A stretch of 64,000 nt of DNA from an uncultured Planctomycetota bacterium (GTDB lineage Bacteria > Planctomycetota > Planctomycetia > Gemmatales > Gemmataceae): the NCBI GenBank assembly GCA_963849325.1, contig CAWKHF010000005.1:448001-512000 (forward strand). Reading direction: 5' to 3'. The translations under genes were made by a program, and so were the position numbers. The notes under the pieces are model-generated. The model ran no database searches. It was not told the DNA's origin and worked only from the letters and a program-made list of their open reading frames with translations. Positions 42,184 to 54,761 of this stretch are shown piece after piece; within the stretch, counting starts at the first letter, position 1; every line of letters starts with the position of its first letter.

Positions 42184-43213
42184 TCAAAACGAGGCAAAGC
42201 CGTCCGCCTCTCGCCGACGCCGGGGCGGCTGGCGTCCGTCTCTCCGTAAGGTCAACTCCACCAGACCGCGGCTCGACGCCCCAGGCCGCCGCGTCGGGGT
42301 CGGACGGTCGCTCTCTCGCAGTCGGCGACGATGGCGGAGCACGCTCGGCATCTCCCCCAGCGCCCGCAATCGGCCGAGCACGAAGGGCATCAATTCGCCT
42401 TCCTGCCAGCGCCGCCACGCCTTGGCGGCGAGGACAGCCGCATGCCAGGGCAGGGCGCGGAGCAGCTCGCGGCCGGGCAGGTTGCGCCAGAACACGCGCT
42501 CCTCGTTGCGCGATTGTTGTTCGAGCAGGCGGCGCGACGGCCGGCCGTGCGACGCCGAGACGCGATGCCACACCCGCGACGCCGGCTCATAAACGACACG
42601 ATACCCCGCCCAGTGCAGCCGAAACGACAGATCGACATCCTCGAAGTAGGCGCCGAATTCTTCCGGGAACGCACCCACTTCCAGCAGCGCCTCGCGTCGA
42701 TAGAAGGCGGCGGAGGCGCTGGCGCCGAAGACTTCGCCGCCTTGCAGGTAGATTCGCGGTGAGAGGCTGCCCGTGGCCGCGTTTGCCGGCCACGCCGCCG
42801 ACGAAGTAACGATCGCCGGCGCTGTCGATGTGCGGCGATTCGTCCGTGGGAGGGCCGCGCAGCACCAGAGGGGCGACAGCGGCCACACGCGGATGGAGGA
42901 AATGATCCAGGGCGGCCTCCGTCCATCCCGCTGTCACCTCGGTGTCATCGTTGAGCAACTCGACGACGGGATGTCGGGCGGCGCGGATGCCGGCGTTGGC
43001 GGCGACACAGAAACCGCGTCGCCGCGGCAGACGCAGCACACGCACACCGGCGAACTCGTAGGCGGTCCGGCTGACGGCCCAGCCTGGCGAAGCATCATCG
43101 ACCACGACGATTTCCGCGTCCGCCGGTGCGTGCCGCCGCACGCTCGCCAGGCACAGGCGCAGCAGGTCGGCCCGGTTATGGCTGGGTATCACGATGGACA
43201 GAGAGGGCCGCAC
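42184..43213 (-). CDS. GT2 glycosyltransferase; frameshift near 42765; 3' end uncertain
   Basis: SIVIPSHNR, VVDDAS, LLNDDT, YFEDVDLSFRL. Confidence 0.85.
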
Positions 43214-44255
43214 GCCATTCCTCCCGGCGCCGCACCACGCGCAGCAGCCGCCGGCCGGCGGCGCCGATCCGGCCGCGCCGAAGTCCTTCACCATGCGGCC
43301 CAGACGTGTCGAACAGCCCGGCGTGCGCCTCGTCGCCTCGTCGCCATGCTCGCCGCTGTCGCAGCCACGCCTCGACGCGGATGATGCCGGCCAGGATGCG
43401 CACCTGCCACGCCGGCCAGTGCTTGCGGGCGTAGGTCAAGAGCGCGTGCCGCGTGATGAGCCGCAAGTGCGCCGGCACCGAACGGGCGTGCAGCGGATGA
43501 TGGTGCGTGGCGCACAGGTCCGGCTCGTGCCACACCGTCCAGCCGCGCTCCCGCGCCCGCCGGCACAGATCGACGTCCTCGTAATAGAGGAAGAAATCGC
43601 CGTCCAGCCCGCCGAGGTTCTCCCAGCACGTTCGCCGCACCAGCAAGCAGCAGCCCGTTACCCAGTCCACCGGCCGGCACGCCGCCGTCGGCCGCAGGTA
43701 ATACTTCCGCCACGGTCGCGGCAGCAGCAGGCGAATCAGCGAGGACACGAGAGTCGGGAATGGCCCGGCCGAGCGCTGTCGGCCGCCGTCGGCATCGCGC
43801 AGACCGAAGCCGAGGATGCCCGTGTGGGCGTCGGTTCGCGCCAGCTCCTCGGCCCGCGCCAGGGCCTTGTCGAGAAAGCCGGGTTCCAGCGTCATGTCGG
43901 GGTTGAGCAAGAGCAGCCAGTCGCCGCGACTGAGGCGAACGCCTTCGTTGACGGCGCGGGCGAAGCCGCGATTGCTGCGCCAGCGCCGCAGCGACACGCC
44001 CGGCATCCGCCGCAGTCGCGGGATGAGGGCGTGCCAGGGTGAATCGTTGTCCACGATGACCACCTCGGCGGCGCCGTGCCGCAGGGCCGGCGCCGCGCGC
44101 AGCTGCCGGACCAGCGTCGCCGTGTCCTGCCATTGCAGGTAGTTGACCACCACCACCGACAGCCGGGGCACGGCGGGAACGAGCCGGGGCCGCAACTGCC
44201 GGCGGCGGGGCTCCGGGAGCAAGACCGAGAGGAGGGATGTAGCGCTGGAGTCCAT
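43176..44255 (-). CDS. GT2 glycosyltransferase, WbbL-like; probable frameshift near 43305
   Basis: SVVVVNY, VDNDS, NRGFARAVN, LLNPD, DWVTGCCLL, FFLYYEDVDLCRR. Confidence 0.88.
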   Translation of the reverse strand: MDSSATSLLSVLLPEPRRRQLRPRLVPAVPRLSVVVVNYLQWQDTATLVRQLRAAPALRHGAAEVVIVDNDSPWHALIPRLRRMPGVSLRRWRSNRGFARAVNEGVRLSRGDWLLLLNPDMTLEPGFLDKALARAEELARTDAHTGILGFGLRDADGGRQRSAGPFPTLVSSLIRLLLPRPWRKYYLRPTAACRPVDWVTGCCLLVRRTCWENLGGLDGDFFLYYEDVDLCRRARERGWTVWHEPDLCATHHHPLHARSVPAHLRLITRHALLTYARKHWPAWQVRILAGIIRVEAWLRQRRAWRRGDEAHAGLFDTSGPHGEGLRRGRIGAAGRRLLRVVRRREEWRAALSVHRDTQP

Positions 44256-44373
44256 CGGGTTCCTTCCCTGGAACGACGATCGATCGCCGGGTAGCTGGTT
44301 AAAGTCGGTGAAGTATAGTCTTTCCGCCGTCTGCGAAGCAATGCCGTCTTGCTACTAGTGGCGGCTTGTCTTT

Positions 44374-44467
44374 CTCCCCTCTCCCCCGCTTCGGGGGAGA
44401 GGGGTAGGGGGTGAGGGGGAGGAGCCGCCCCCTACCCCTCTCCCCCGAAGCGGGGGAGAGGGGGGAG
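44374..44467. repeat. Double-hairpin palindrome, family E (CCCCTCTCCCCCGCTTCGGGGGAGAGGGG), copy 1
   Basis: Two inverted copies of a G/C-run hairpin; nearly the same element at 57052. Confidence 0.9.
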
Positions 44468-44481
44468 AAGGCAGCGGCGAC

Positions 44482-45505
44482 CTACGCGCTGGAAAATCGG
44501 CATGTAGTTCATCGGCACCGACAAGATGATGACGGCGATGGAGGTTTGATACACAGGTCCGACCTCGAAGCGGTCGCGGCCGGACCAGCTGCCATCCGCG
44601 GTTTGCGTCGGCAGGAAGGTGTCGCCGATGCGCTTGTACCAGTCCTCCCACTCCTTGCCGCCGACCTGGTGCATGGCGTGCGAGGCATAGTAATGGCCGT
44701 ACCAGAAGTGCTGACGTTCGCCGGCGCGCTGCTTGAGAAAGGTCGAGGCGCCGGGGATCTCCGCCGCCTTGTATTCGCCGGTCAGTTGCAGGACGCAGAC
44801 GCCGGCGGCGGTGCGAGCGAAACCGGGCGCCGAACCCGGCTGGTAGGCGAAGCCGCCGGCGTGACGGTTGTAGCAGCGCTTGATGTAGGCGATGGCCCGG
44901 CGCAGGGTCTCGTCGGGGACGTGCAGGCCGCTGTTCTTGGCGGCGCGCAGGGCCATCACCTGCATGATGGTGACGGAGATGTCGGCGCCGGTCGGCCGCG
45001 GCTCGTAGCGCCAACCGCCCTCGGGGTTCTGGCAGCCGACGATGAGATTGACGGCCTTGGTCAGCACCGGCTTGATGTCCTTGTCGCCGTTCATGCCCCA
45101 CAACTCGGCCAGCGCCAGCGTCGCCATGGCATGACCGTACATGTTGCCGCCGCGCGTGCCGGCCAGGTAGCCGTCACTGCGCGCCGAGGCGAGCAGGAAC
45201 CGCGCCCCCTTGGCGACCTCCGGTCCGTACAGCCCCTCGTTGGGCAAATGGCCCTGCGACAGAAACGCCAACAGCGCGAACGACGTGATGGCCGTGTTGT
45301 GCGGGTAGCGTCCCTCGCTCCAGGAGCCGTCCGAGTTCTGCCGGCTGGCCAGCCATTCGAGCGCCTTGGCCGTGGCCTTGCGGGCCCGCTCGCTCATCTT
45401 GACCTCGGCGGGGGCGGTCTTGTCGTTTTGGTCCGCCGCGCGGGATGGTTGAGCGGCTACCAGGGCAATGGTGAGAACCAAGTAGATCAGACGAAATGAG
45501 CACAT
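44482..45505 (-). CDS. Secreted prenyltransferase/squalene-oxidase-repeat protein
   Basis: QW-like repeats (WLASRQNSDGSW, CQNPEGGWRY, TQTADGSW); MYGHAMATLALAE; ends YMPIFQR. A probable 1-nt error before the TAG at 44482 makes the ORF track run on to 44432. Confidence 0.88.
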
Positions 45506-45547
45506 GGGAGCAATCCTCAATGCTTCTGGCCCTGATCCCACCATCCT

Positions 45548-45802
45548 TCAGGAATGGTTCGCGGGAGGGGCGGGAGACGCCAACGCCTCCACCTGCATGA
45601 CGTGCAGCAACGAAATCGTCACCAGGCGATCGTACACCGGCTCGGGGTCGTTGGGGCGCGGCAGTCCAACCGCCACCGTGCTCCGGCCTACCATCACCAA
45701 TTCCGGGTGGTGAACCTCGTAGGTTCTTCCGTCGGTCAGGGTCAGACGAAACGGCTGAAACGGCTGCCGTCTCACATACTCGCGAATGTCTTCGGTTCGC
45801 AT
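45548..45802 (-). CDS. Small hypothetical protein (RRQPFQPFRLTLTDGRTYEVHHPE type)
   Basis: 84-aa ORF with RBS GGAGG, inside the operon beside a palindrome. Confidence 0.8.
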   Translation of the reverse strand: MRTEDIREYVRRQPFQPFRLTLTDGRTYEVHHPELVMVGRSTVAVGLPRPNDPEPVYDRLVTISLLHVMQVEALASPAPPANHS

Positions 45803-45836
45803 CGCCGTCCTCCGAGGCAAAGTCCTGGAGTCATCT

Positions 45837-45888
45837 TAGCCGCTTGCGGCTTAGCGGGCCGCGACACGCGCTAAGCCGCAAGCGGCTA
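45837..45888. repeat. REP-like palindrome, family F (TAGCCGCTTGCGGCTTAGCG)
   Basis: 20-bp arms; a single arm also occurs at 60403-60420. Confidence 0.88.
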
Positions 45889-45922
45889 CGGCGGACCAGA
45901 TTTCAACACCTTATGCCCTACC

Positions 45923-48900
45923 TCACGGCTTCGATTTCTCCGGCGCCATCGATGCCGGCTTGCCCCTGGCGATGTTGACGTAATACTGCTGGATGAGGGC
46001 GGCATATTCCGGCGGCAGCTTGTCGCTGAGGGCTTGCTTGATTAGCTCGCGCTGGCGCGGCGGCAGGTGGATGAAGGCGCCGTCGCCGCGCAGATCCCGC
46101 AACTGGGAGGGGCCATTGTTCCGCTGGCCGTCGGCGATGCGGTTGCCGTTGCCGCGACCCTCGTTCTTCTCGCGGCCCTTGCCGGGCTTGGTACTCTTGC
46201 CCTGGCCTTCGTTCTGGCCCGGCTTTTGTCCCGATTTCTGCCCCTGTCCTTCCTTTTGTCCCTGGCCTTCCCCTTCCTTGGGTTGGCCCTGTCCCGGCTT
46301 GTGGCCCTCGCCCTTTTCGCCGGCCTTGGCCATCGCCGAGTGGAGCGTGTCCAGCGCTTGCTTGAGCTGGGCCGCGGCTTCTCCCTGCGCCTTATGGGCG
46401 GGGTGGGCCTCGGTCTGCTGGAGTTTCTGCCCGGCCTTGGCCAGCTGTTCGCCGGCCTTCTGAAGCTGCGGCTTGACCACGCCGGGCGCTTGCGCCTGGG
46501 CCTGGGCCAGCGCCGCCATCGCGGCCCGGTTGGCGGCCTGCGACTTGGCCAGCGCCTTCGTCGCTTCCATCAGAGCCTTCTGCGACTGCGCCAGCTGGCC
46601 GGCGTTCTTGGACTCGGCCGGCATCGGCGCGCCTTTCGGCGATACCTCGGTCGATTGGCCCTTCTGGTGGGCGGCGTCTTGCAGCTGCGCCAGCGCTCGC
46701 TTCTGCTGCGCCATCGCTTCCTTCAGATCGCCTTTTTGCAGCGCCTCCGCCGCTTCGCGGGCCGGCTGCTTGGCCTCGGGCGCCTCGACCTTTTCCGCTT
46801 GCTTGGCGACATCCTTTTGCAGCTTCGCCAGGTCGGGCTTGGCCGCTTGAGGCTTGGGGGCCATTTGCTCGGCCGCCTGCTTGGACTGCTTGGCGGCCTG
46901 CTCGGTCTGCTCCAGCGCCTTGGCGATTTGCTGGGCCGCGTTCGTCGGATCGACCGTGTCCGGCTGCATGGCCGCCTGGTCGGCCGCCTCCATGCCCTTC
47001 TTCTCGTCCAGCGCCTTGGCGACCGCCTTCTGCGCTTCCTTCAGTTTCTCGACGGCCTTGTCCGCGTTCTTGGCGGCCGGCGGCAGCTGCTTCTTGTCGA
47101 GGTCGGTCTTGGCGGCGTCCATGTGCTTGACGCCGTCCGCGACGTGCGGCGCCGCTTCGGGGGCCGACTTTTCGAGTTGCTTGCCCAGCTCCTTCGCCTG
47201 CGGCGTCAGCTCGCCCTGTTTCTTGGCCAGGTCCTTGGCGTCCGCCGATTCGGGCTTCTTGGCCTTGTCGTGTGCCTCCTCGGCGACCTTGCCTTCCTTC
47301 TCGATCATCTCCTGCAACTTGCGGTCGGCGTCCTCCAGCTTGGCGATGTCGTCGCGGCGCTGCTCGATCTCGGCCACCTGCTCGGCCAGCGCCTTTTTCG
47401 CCTCTTCGAGCTTGGCCAGGGCTTGGTCCTGCTTGGCCACCGCCGGCGGCGCCTGCTTGTCCTTCAGCGGTTTCGCCGCTTCCGTCATCGCCTTCGCCGC
47501 GTGGTCGAGGGCTTTCTGCGCCTCCGGCTTGGCGGCGGTCGGCTGCTGATTGATCTGCTCGGTGTGCCGGGCGAGGTCTTCCTGCTTGGGGGCCAGGTAC
47601 GGCAGGCGCTGCGTTTGCTCGGCCTTGCCGGCCTCCTCCGTCTTGTCGCGGACGTCCTTCTGCTCCTTGATGATCTGCTCGACCTGGGCCAACGTGTCCT
47701 TGAGGTTGGCCAGCGGATCATCCTGGGCCTTCTCCGCCTCGGTGATGAGGCGATCCAGTTCCGTCTTCACCGCGCCAGCTCGGCCGCGGCCTTCTCCTGC
47801 GGGCGCAGTGCCTCGGCGATCGGCGGCTTGCGCGTGGCCTGTTCGCGCAGGGCCAGCTGCGCCTGGCGCATGACCTTCTCGATCAGCGGGAACCGGCCAG
47901 CCAGCTCCCGGACGTGCGGCTGCAGCAGAGCGCGAGTGGCCTGCGTCTCGAACTCGAGCGCGGCCTGCCGGCTGCTCAGGCCGCGCGCCCACTGCAAGTT
48001 CAGCTCCGGCATCTCCTCGGGCCGAGCGTCCGGCTTCTCCTTCTCCGGCGGCGTCTGCGCGATCTGCCGCACGATCTCCTGGTCCTCGATGGCGCGTTCG
48101 ACGCGCTGTCGGGCCTCGCGCAGCGCCTCCAGCTTCTCGCGCGGATCGCGCAAGAGGCGGGCCAGTTCGCGGATGTCGCCGGCCGCCTGCCACTGCATCT
48201 CGGATGCCTTCCGCCAGCGCGGCCGACGCGTCTCGACCGGGTAGGTGGTGCGCAGGTGACGACCGATTGTCACCAAATTATCGAGAAGCTGCGCCGACCG
48301 GGCGATGTCCTCCATCCGGCGCACGCGCTCTTGTTGCTCGGGCGGCAGCAATTTCCGCAGCCCGGCCGCCTGCTCGATCAGGGCGGTCAGGTCGCGGTGG
48401 AGGAAGCTCTGTTCGCCGGCCAACCGTTCCGCTCGCAGCCGCGATTCCTCGTGCTTGCGCGGGTCCGACTGGCGTTCGTCCTCCCAGGCCAGCTGGACGT
48501 TCTGCAGATGCTGGTCCAACTCGTCGCGCGCCAGCTTGTCCAGGCGCTCGGCCGCTTGCTCCAGGCTCTTGATCGCCTCGAAGCGAATGAGCAATCCCTT
48601 CAGTCCGAGGACAATTTGTTCGTGCCGCTCCTGTGCTTCTTGCAACTCCTTGGTACGCGACTCGCCGCCGGTCTTGCCGGCTTTCTCCAGGGCGTCGATG
48701 AGGCGGGTCATCTGCTCGCGGCTGAGACCGCTGAGGGTGTCGGCCACCTGATCGAGCAGCTGCTTCTCCGCCGTCCGGTCCAGGCGGTTGTATTGCAGCA
48801 CGCGGACCATGGTTTCGACGCGACGCACTAGGCGGTCGGTCTCGGCCTGAATCTGCTTTTGCCGCTGCTCCTGTGTCGCCAGGTCGGGCGTCGCGGGCGC

Positions 48901-48969
48901 CGCCGGAGACAGTCCCGTCAGTGCCAGCAATACCCACGCCGCCAGACCGATCGTTCGTGTGCGCATCAT
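45923..48969 (-). CDS. Long secreted coiled-coil protein (Ala/Gln/Lys-rich); frameshift near 47770
   Basis: Signal peptide; heptad-rich body; G/Q/K low-complexity tail; C-terminal LPPEYAALIQQYY. Confidence 0.8.
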
Positions 48970-49077
48970 GGATACGTCCTCGGAGGAAGCGGCGAAATGC
49001 CGACTCTCGACATCGCGCCCGGAAACCCCTTCGTAACCCTAATGGTATCGCGCCTCGTTCGTCCGTGCCAAAACTCC

Positions 49078-49133
49078 TCCGAGCCTGAAGCGTAAGCGAA
49101 GAGAAGATCCTTCGCTTACGCTTCAGGCTCGGA
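49078..49133. repeat. REP-like palindrome, family A, copy 4
   Basis: Same arms as the other family A copies; intergenic within the operon. Confidence 0.9.
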
Positions 49134-49157
49134 CAAACACGCGCTGTCCGCTCGCTC

Positions 49158-52100
49158 TTAGCGTTTCTTCTCCGGCGGCGCGGTCCGGTACTCCAGCCCG
49201 GGCAACGGCTCGTCCGTCGCCGGATCGCGTAGCTCCAGGTAAAACTCCCACGCGGCCATCCGGTTATCGATCTTGACCAGCACTTCATTCCAGCCGTCCA
49301 TTAACTCGATGGACACCCGGTCGCTATTGGGTTCGGCTTTGCGCTGCACGTTCTTATCGTGTACGATCCGGCGGTTGAGCCAGACCTTGATGCCGTCGTC
49401 GCTGCCGGTGGCGAGGAGGACGTGGCGTTTCCTGTCGGGCCGGACCCAGCAGACCGCGTAGCCGATGGAGCGGTCGGCGGTCTCGGGGCGGAGCGCGAAG
49501 GCGCCAAGCAGGTCGATCTTGCTGGAGACGCTGTGGTATTCGCGCCAGCGGACCTTGCCGCCCCGGCCGTCGTACTCGCGCTGAAGCTCCACCGGGCCTT
49601 TCTCCGGCGGATAGCTCCGGCCGTGCCCGCGCTGGTCGGGGTCGGCGAACGGCCCGAGCACCAGCCAATCCTTGACGAAGCGTTTGCCGTCGTTGGGCGG
49701 CGTCGTCCGCACGCGCAGCCGCTGATCGCGCAGCGGTTTGCCCGTCGCGGGGTCGAGCAGGTCGAAGTAGAACGCCCACGTCCCGAAGCGGTTATCGACC
49801 TTGACGAGCACTTCCTGCCAGCCGGCGTCGAGGACGACCGGCGTTTTCTCGTCGCCGGGCACGGCCTCGCGGTGGACGGCCTTGTCCAGCACCAACCGGC
49901 GGTCGATCCACACCTTGATACCGTCGTCGCTGCCGGTGGCGAGGATGGCCTTGCCCCTCCAGGCGTGTTTGACCCAGCAGACGGCGTAGGCCACGCCCGC
50001 CTCGCCGTGACCAAAGAACTTTTGCAGGTCCACTTTGTCCGTTGGACTGTGATAGAGCTGCCAGCGAACCTTACCCCCCAGTCCGTCGTACTGGCTGGCG
50101 AGGTCGATCGATTCGATCTTATTCTTTTCGGGCGGATACGCCTGCTCGTGGCCGGCGTCCTTGTCGTTGGCGAATGGGCCGAGCAGCAGCCAGCTGCGGC
50201 CGAGGACGTTCTCGGCGTCGTGTACCACGTTGGGCTGTTCGCGGGCGCCGGCATGTTCCGCGTCGGCGCGACGGAGGGCCGTTCGTCCGGCAAGAGCGAC
50301 GTATTGCCGGCGATGCCGCGCTGCTTCTCCTCCAGCTGGCGGATACGTTCCTTCTGGTCCTCCTTGCGGTCGAGCCAGGCGAGGAAGTCTTTTTGTCCGA
50401 CCACCTCTTTCTCGCGCAGCCCCGAGCGGCCGGGCTGGCCTTCGGGGTCGGCGCGGCCGAACACTTCCACGAAGAATTGAATGCGGTCGCCTTCTTGCAG
50501 CTTGAGCAGACCGCCCTTGCCGTCGGGAATGCCGGCTGAGTCGAAATCGTAGCGGCCACCGCCCTCCGTGCCGCCCAGTTGGTCCGGCTCATCTACCGGC
50601 CAGGTAGAAAACTCCTCGCGGGCCTTGTCGCCGGGATCTTTCGCTCCGGCCGGCGCCCCCAGCGGCAGAGGCAAGAAATCCGTGTCGCGCGGCTCCTCGG
50701 TGTCGTCCTCGCGGCTGGCGCTGTGGGGGATGACACGATAGCGCAGGCGAGCGTGACTGAGTCCGTAGGCGGCACTACAGCGGTAGGCCAGTGGCACACG
50801 CTGACCCAGAAGCAGCGGAATGCCTTCGATCTCGTCATCCTCGCTCGGCGCGCTGCTGGTGCTGGAGAGCGTCTCCGGCAGCAGGGCGACCTCCGGCGGA
50901 TCGACGGGTCCGGTGCGGATGCCGCGTCGCGGCTTGTCGCTGTTTTCCAGGCCGAACTCGTCGCGCACCACGATGCGGTAGGCCGTCTCCGTTTGCAGCG
51001 ACTCGCCGTGCGCGACCAGGACAAGACCGGCCCACGGCAGGCTGACCGGACAGCCGATACCTACGCCGACGGCCAGCGGCGCCAGCAGTTCGGGCCGTAT
51101 CCCCGGCTGGAACGAGAATGTGCCCTCGGCCTTGCGGCCGTCCTCTCCAACCGCGAGATCGACCGAGCGCCGCACCGCCTCGGCACGGGCGCCGGGCTTG
51201 ACCACCTCGGCGAAGGCGTGCGGCGGGCCAAGCACCTCGACGGTAGCTTTGGCAATCGGCTTTTGCGTCTCGATGGCGATGCGCGCCGCCGAGCCGGCCA
51301 GGCGGTAAACGATGTCGGCCCCCTTCTGCGGCTCCTCATAGGGTTGGCCGCTCGATTTCGAGCCGACGTAGGCCGGCAGCTGCACCCATGCCTCTTGCCG
51401 CTGCACGACCGGCCGCGGCTCGAAGTGTATGTCCGCCGGTTGATGCGTCCGGCCGTCCTTGAGCCAGGCGCGATAGTTGAAGTCCCGCGTACCGGGCGGC
51501 ACGCGCGCGGCGAACGTCGCTCCCGATTCGTCCCGCGATTCAAAGATCAACTCGTGCCGTTCGCTGTCGCCGTCCCTGGGTTCGAGGCGCACCTCGCCCT
51601 TGAAATGCTCGGCGAACGCTCCCCGGACGTGGAAGCGCAGCAAGCCTTCCTCGCCCGCCGGCCAAACCTCATGGGTGCGGACGCTCTCGATGGCGAGCGA
51701 ACGCGGGATGGGACGCTCGGCGAGGAATTGCCGGGCGAGCAGCGCCTGCGCCGTCTCCGGCCACAGCAGGAACGCCAGCACGGCAGCCAGTGCCAGCGGC
51801 GCCAGAAGCAGGACCGACCATTTCCAACGCCGGGCGTCGGCGACGCGCGCGAAGTCGAGGGCGGTGGCTTGCTCCTCGGCCTGCCGCGTGACGGCGGCGA
51901 TCATCGCCGGCGACATGCCCTCCGTGTCGGCCCCCGGCCGGTTGAGCTGCACCGCCGAGATGAGCCGATGACCCAGCTCGGGCATCTTCTCCTCGATCCA
52001 CAGTGCCACTTGCGTGTCACTCAGCCGCCGGGCCAGCAGCCGCAGGAGGAACACCACTCCGGCCAGCCACAGCGCAACCTGCACGCCGAGCAGCGTCCCG

Positions 52101-52279
52101 CGCAGCCAGCGCGGCGTATCGCGGTACAGATCGACGACGAAATCGATCAGGCAGGCGGCGGCGAGGACGGCGGCGAAGACGGTCAGGCCGCGCGCCGCGG
52201 CCCAGGTCAGCCGCAGCAGACGCTCGCGCCGGCGCAGGCGGTTCAATTGTCGCTGGATGGAACGGGGCACCATAAACAT
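49158..52279 (-). CDS. DUF4175-like membrane protein with two tandem C-terminal beta-sandwich (PA14-like) domains; frameshift near 50235
   Basis: N-terminal TM segments and PELGHRLISAVQL; duplicated WL.LGPF..YAVCWV..LATGSDDGIKVW..GW.EVLVK.DNR. Confidence 0.75.
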
Positions 52280-54752
52280 CAGCTCAGGTTCGAGAACTTG
52301 CGTAGCAGCCATTCCGCACTAATCAGGCCGACGAATAGCAACAGGGCCAACGGACCCCACAGCAAAATCTCCTGCCGCTGCACGAACGGCAGTGTCCGCG
52401 CCTCGATGTCCGAGGCCAAATGATGCAGGTCTTCCTCGCGGTAGAAGCGCCCCCCGCTGGTCCCAGCGGCGGAGCGCAGCACCTCCTCGGCCATGCCGGC
52501 GACCTCCGTTTCGTGACCGGGCGGCGGCTCGACACGGTACCACAGCGACGCCGACTCCAGACCTTCCGCCTCATCCACTTTCAGCTCGAAACGGCCCGGC
52601 GTGTCGTTGGCCAGCGCGGCGCGGTACTCGCCGGGCATGCCGCGGATGCGCTTCAGCTCGACCGGCCGCTCGCTCGGCCGGCCTTCGCCGGCATCGTGAT
52701 ACACGAGCGTCGCCCGCACCGTCGGCCGAGTCAGCGGCTCGTAGTCCTTGTCGAGCAGGCGGGCCTTGACCGTGCCGGGACGGCCGAGCGTCGCCTCGCC
52801 GCGTTCCAGCTCCAGCTGCACGCGCCGCGAATGGCCGAGCAAGTGCGGCAGACCGAGCTGCGTCACGATCTGCCCCCAGAAACGCGACGTGAGTCGGTCG
52901 CCCGTGCTGTCGCGCCAGCGCCACGTCTCCTCGACGCCGAGGAACAGCACCTCGCCCTTGCCGTAATACTGCGTGGCGATCAGCGGCATCGGCCGATTAT
53001 TGGGCTTCTGCCCCGTCCTCAGCTCCGGGTGGACCAGCAGCGCCGTCGCCCCAGGTCGCAGACCGTTGACGGGATAGAACCAGTAAAAGCCGCGTCCGTC
53101 CTTCCACAAGTCTTCTTTCCATAGCCGCAGGTTGTCCTCCTGACTGTCGGCCAGGGCGATCATGCCGCTCTGCTCGCCGTCGTAGGTCAACATCGGCCGG
53201 AACGGCTGCGTCCGCGCTTCCGGCTGAATGGGAAACGCCTGCCGAGTGAACTCGACGGGCAGCACCTCGGCCAGCGGCGAATCGACGTAGTCGGCCGGGA
53301 CGTGCTGCCGGCCCGCGATGACGACCAGGCCGCCGCCTTCCTTGACGAATTTCTGGATCGCCTTTATCCCTTGCGTGCCCAGCGCCGACGTGGGCACGTC
53401 GCCGAGGATGAGCAGATCATACGGCCGAGCGTCGGGGTCGCGGCTGGACGGGTCGGGGAAGTTCTCGGGAAACTTGTCGAGAAACAGCGACGTGTCCGGG
53501 CCGGGCGGTTTGCCTTCGGCGACGCGCGAGTCGCCCTCGACGAGGAAGAAGCGGGCCAGGACGCGGCGGTCGCGGTCGAGCAGCGGCTGCAAGAACTTGT
53601 ACTCGCGGCGCGGCACGTTCTCGACGTACAGCACCTTGACGCGATTGTTCTTCACTTGCACCGTGCGCTGCCATTGGTCGCGCGTCGTCTCGTCGCCCTT
53701 CAGCTCCAGCGTGGCGGTGAACTCGCGCTTGCCCTCTCTTCCCTTTCTCCGGCACGAAGGTCACAATCTGGCGGACGTCCTCGCCCTCCTTGACGGCAAT
53801 CTCGCGGCGGATGACCTGGCTGCCCAGCGTCATCTTGAGGAGCAGCGTCCCCTGCTGGAAGCCGCGGCAGCGCCAGCGCACGCCAATCTCGATAGGGTCG
53901 TCCTTGACGTCCGGCTTGTCATCGACGAAGACGGTGTTCGGCAACGACACGTCCTTGATTTGCAGGATGCCGCCGTGGGACGAGCCGACGCCGTAGACGT
54001 GGAGCGGCACGCCCTTGTCGCGGCACGCGGCGGCGGCCTCTTCGAGGGTGAGCTTGCTGGCGTTGTCGCGGCCGTCGGTCATAACGACGACGGCCGCCGG
54101 CGGCTCGCCGCCGCCGCGCACCAGCAACTCGCGCAGCGAGTCGGCCAGCGCCGTCTGCGTCGACTCGCGGGCCGAGTCGCCCGGACTGCGCAGCTTGCGG
54201 TCGAACAGGTACTCTTGCAGCGGCCCCTTGGCGGCCAGGGCGTCGCGCAGCTTCAGCTCGTCGTTGGTGAGCACCGCCCGCACTAACTCTTCGCGCGTCG
54301 GGTTCGCCAGCTTCTCGGGTGGCAGTGCTGACAACCGCTTGACATCGGTTAGCGGGATCGTGGCCGGCAGCAGGCCGCGAGCGATGGCCACGCGCAGCCG
54401 GTCCTCGTCCGAAACGCGGCGGTCGCGCTGCTTCATGCTCTCGGTATCGTCCACGAGCAGGACGACGCCGCGCGGCCGTTCGCCGCGAAACTCGGCGATC
54501 AGCACCGGGCGGCACGAGCAGCACGAGGACGAGAGCGACGATAGCGATGCGCAGCCCAGCCAGGAGCGAGCGGCGCAGCACACCCAGGCGCGCGTTCTCG
54601 CGCAAGTAAAGGAAGACGACGCCCGCCGAGGCGGCGAGGAGCAGCAGCGCCGCCAGCCACACCGGCAGCAGTCCGCGCCAGCTTAGCTCCGCCGCGTGCA
54701 GCGACGTGTGTTCGGGAACATCAATCAGGTGCAGTCGTTCCAACCAGTGCAT
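52279..54752 (-). CDS. vWA + glutamine-amidotransferase-like membrane protein; frameshifts near 54515 and 53740
   Basis: DDTESM, VMTDGRDN, KVLYVE, YDLLILGDV, FVKEGGGLVVIAG, ETWRWR; C-terminal EWLLRK. Confidence 0.82.
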
Positions 54753-54761
54753 GAACGCCCC

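Noticed and set aside
44432-44481. C-terminal extension VGRRCLLPPLPRFGGEG encoded into palindrome E
   Set aside because: The protein reaches a natural-looking PIFQR end with a TAG one base out of frame, so a 1-nt error is more likely.
44482-45505. Squalene-hopene or oxidosqualene cyclase
   Set aside because: Only ~340 aa, has a signal peptide, and shows no DXDD/DCTAE motif.
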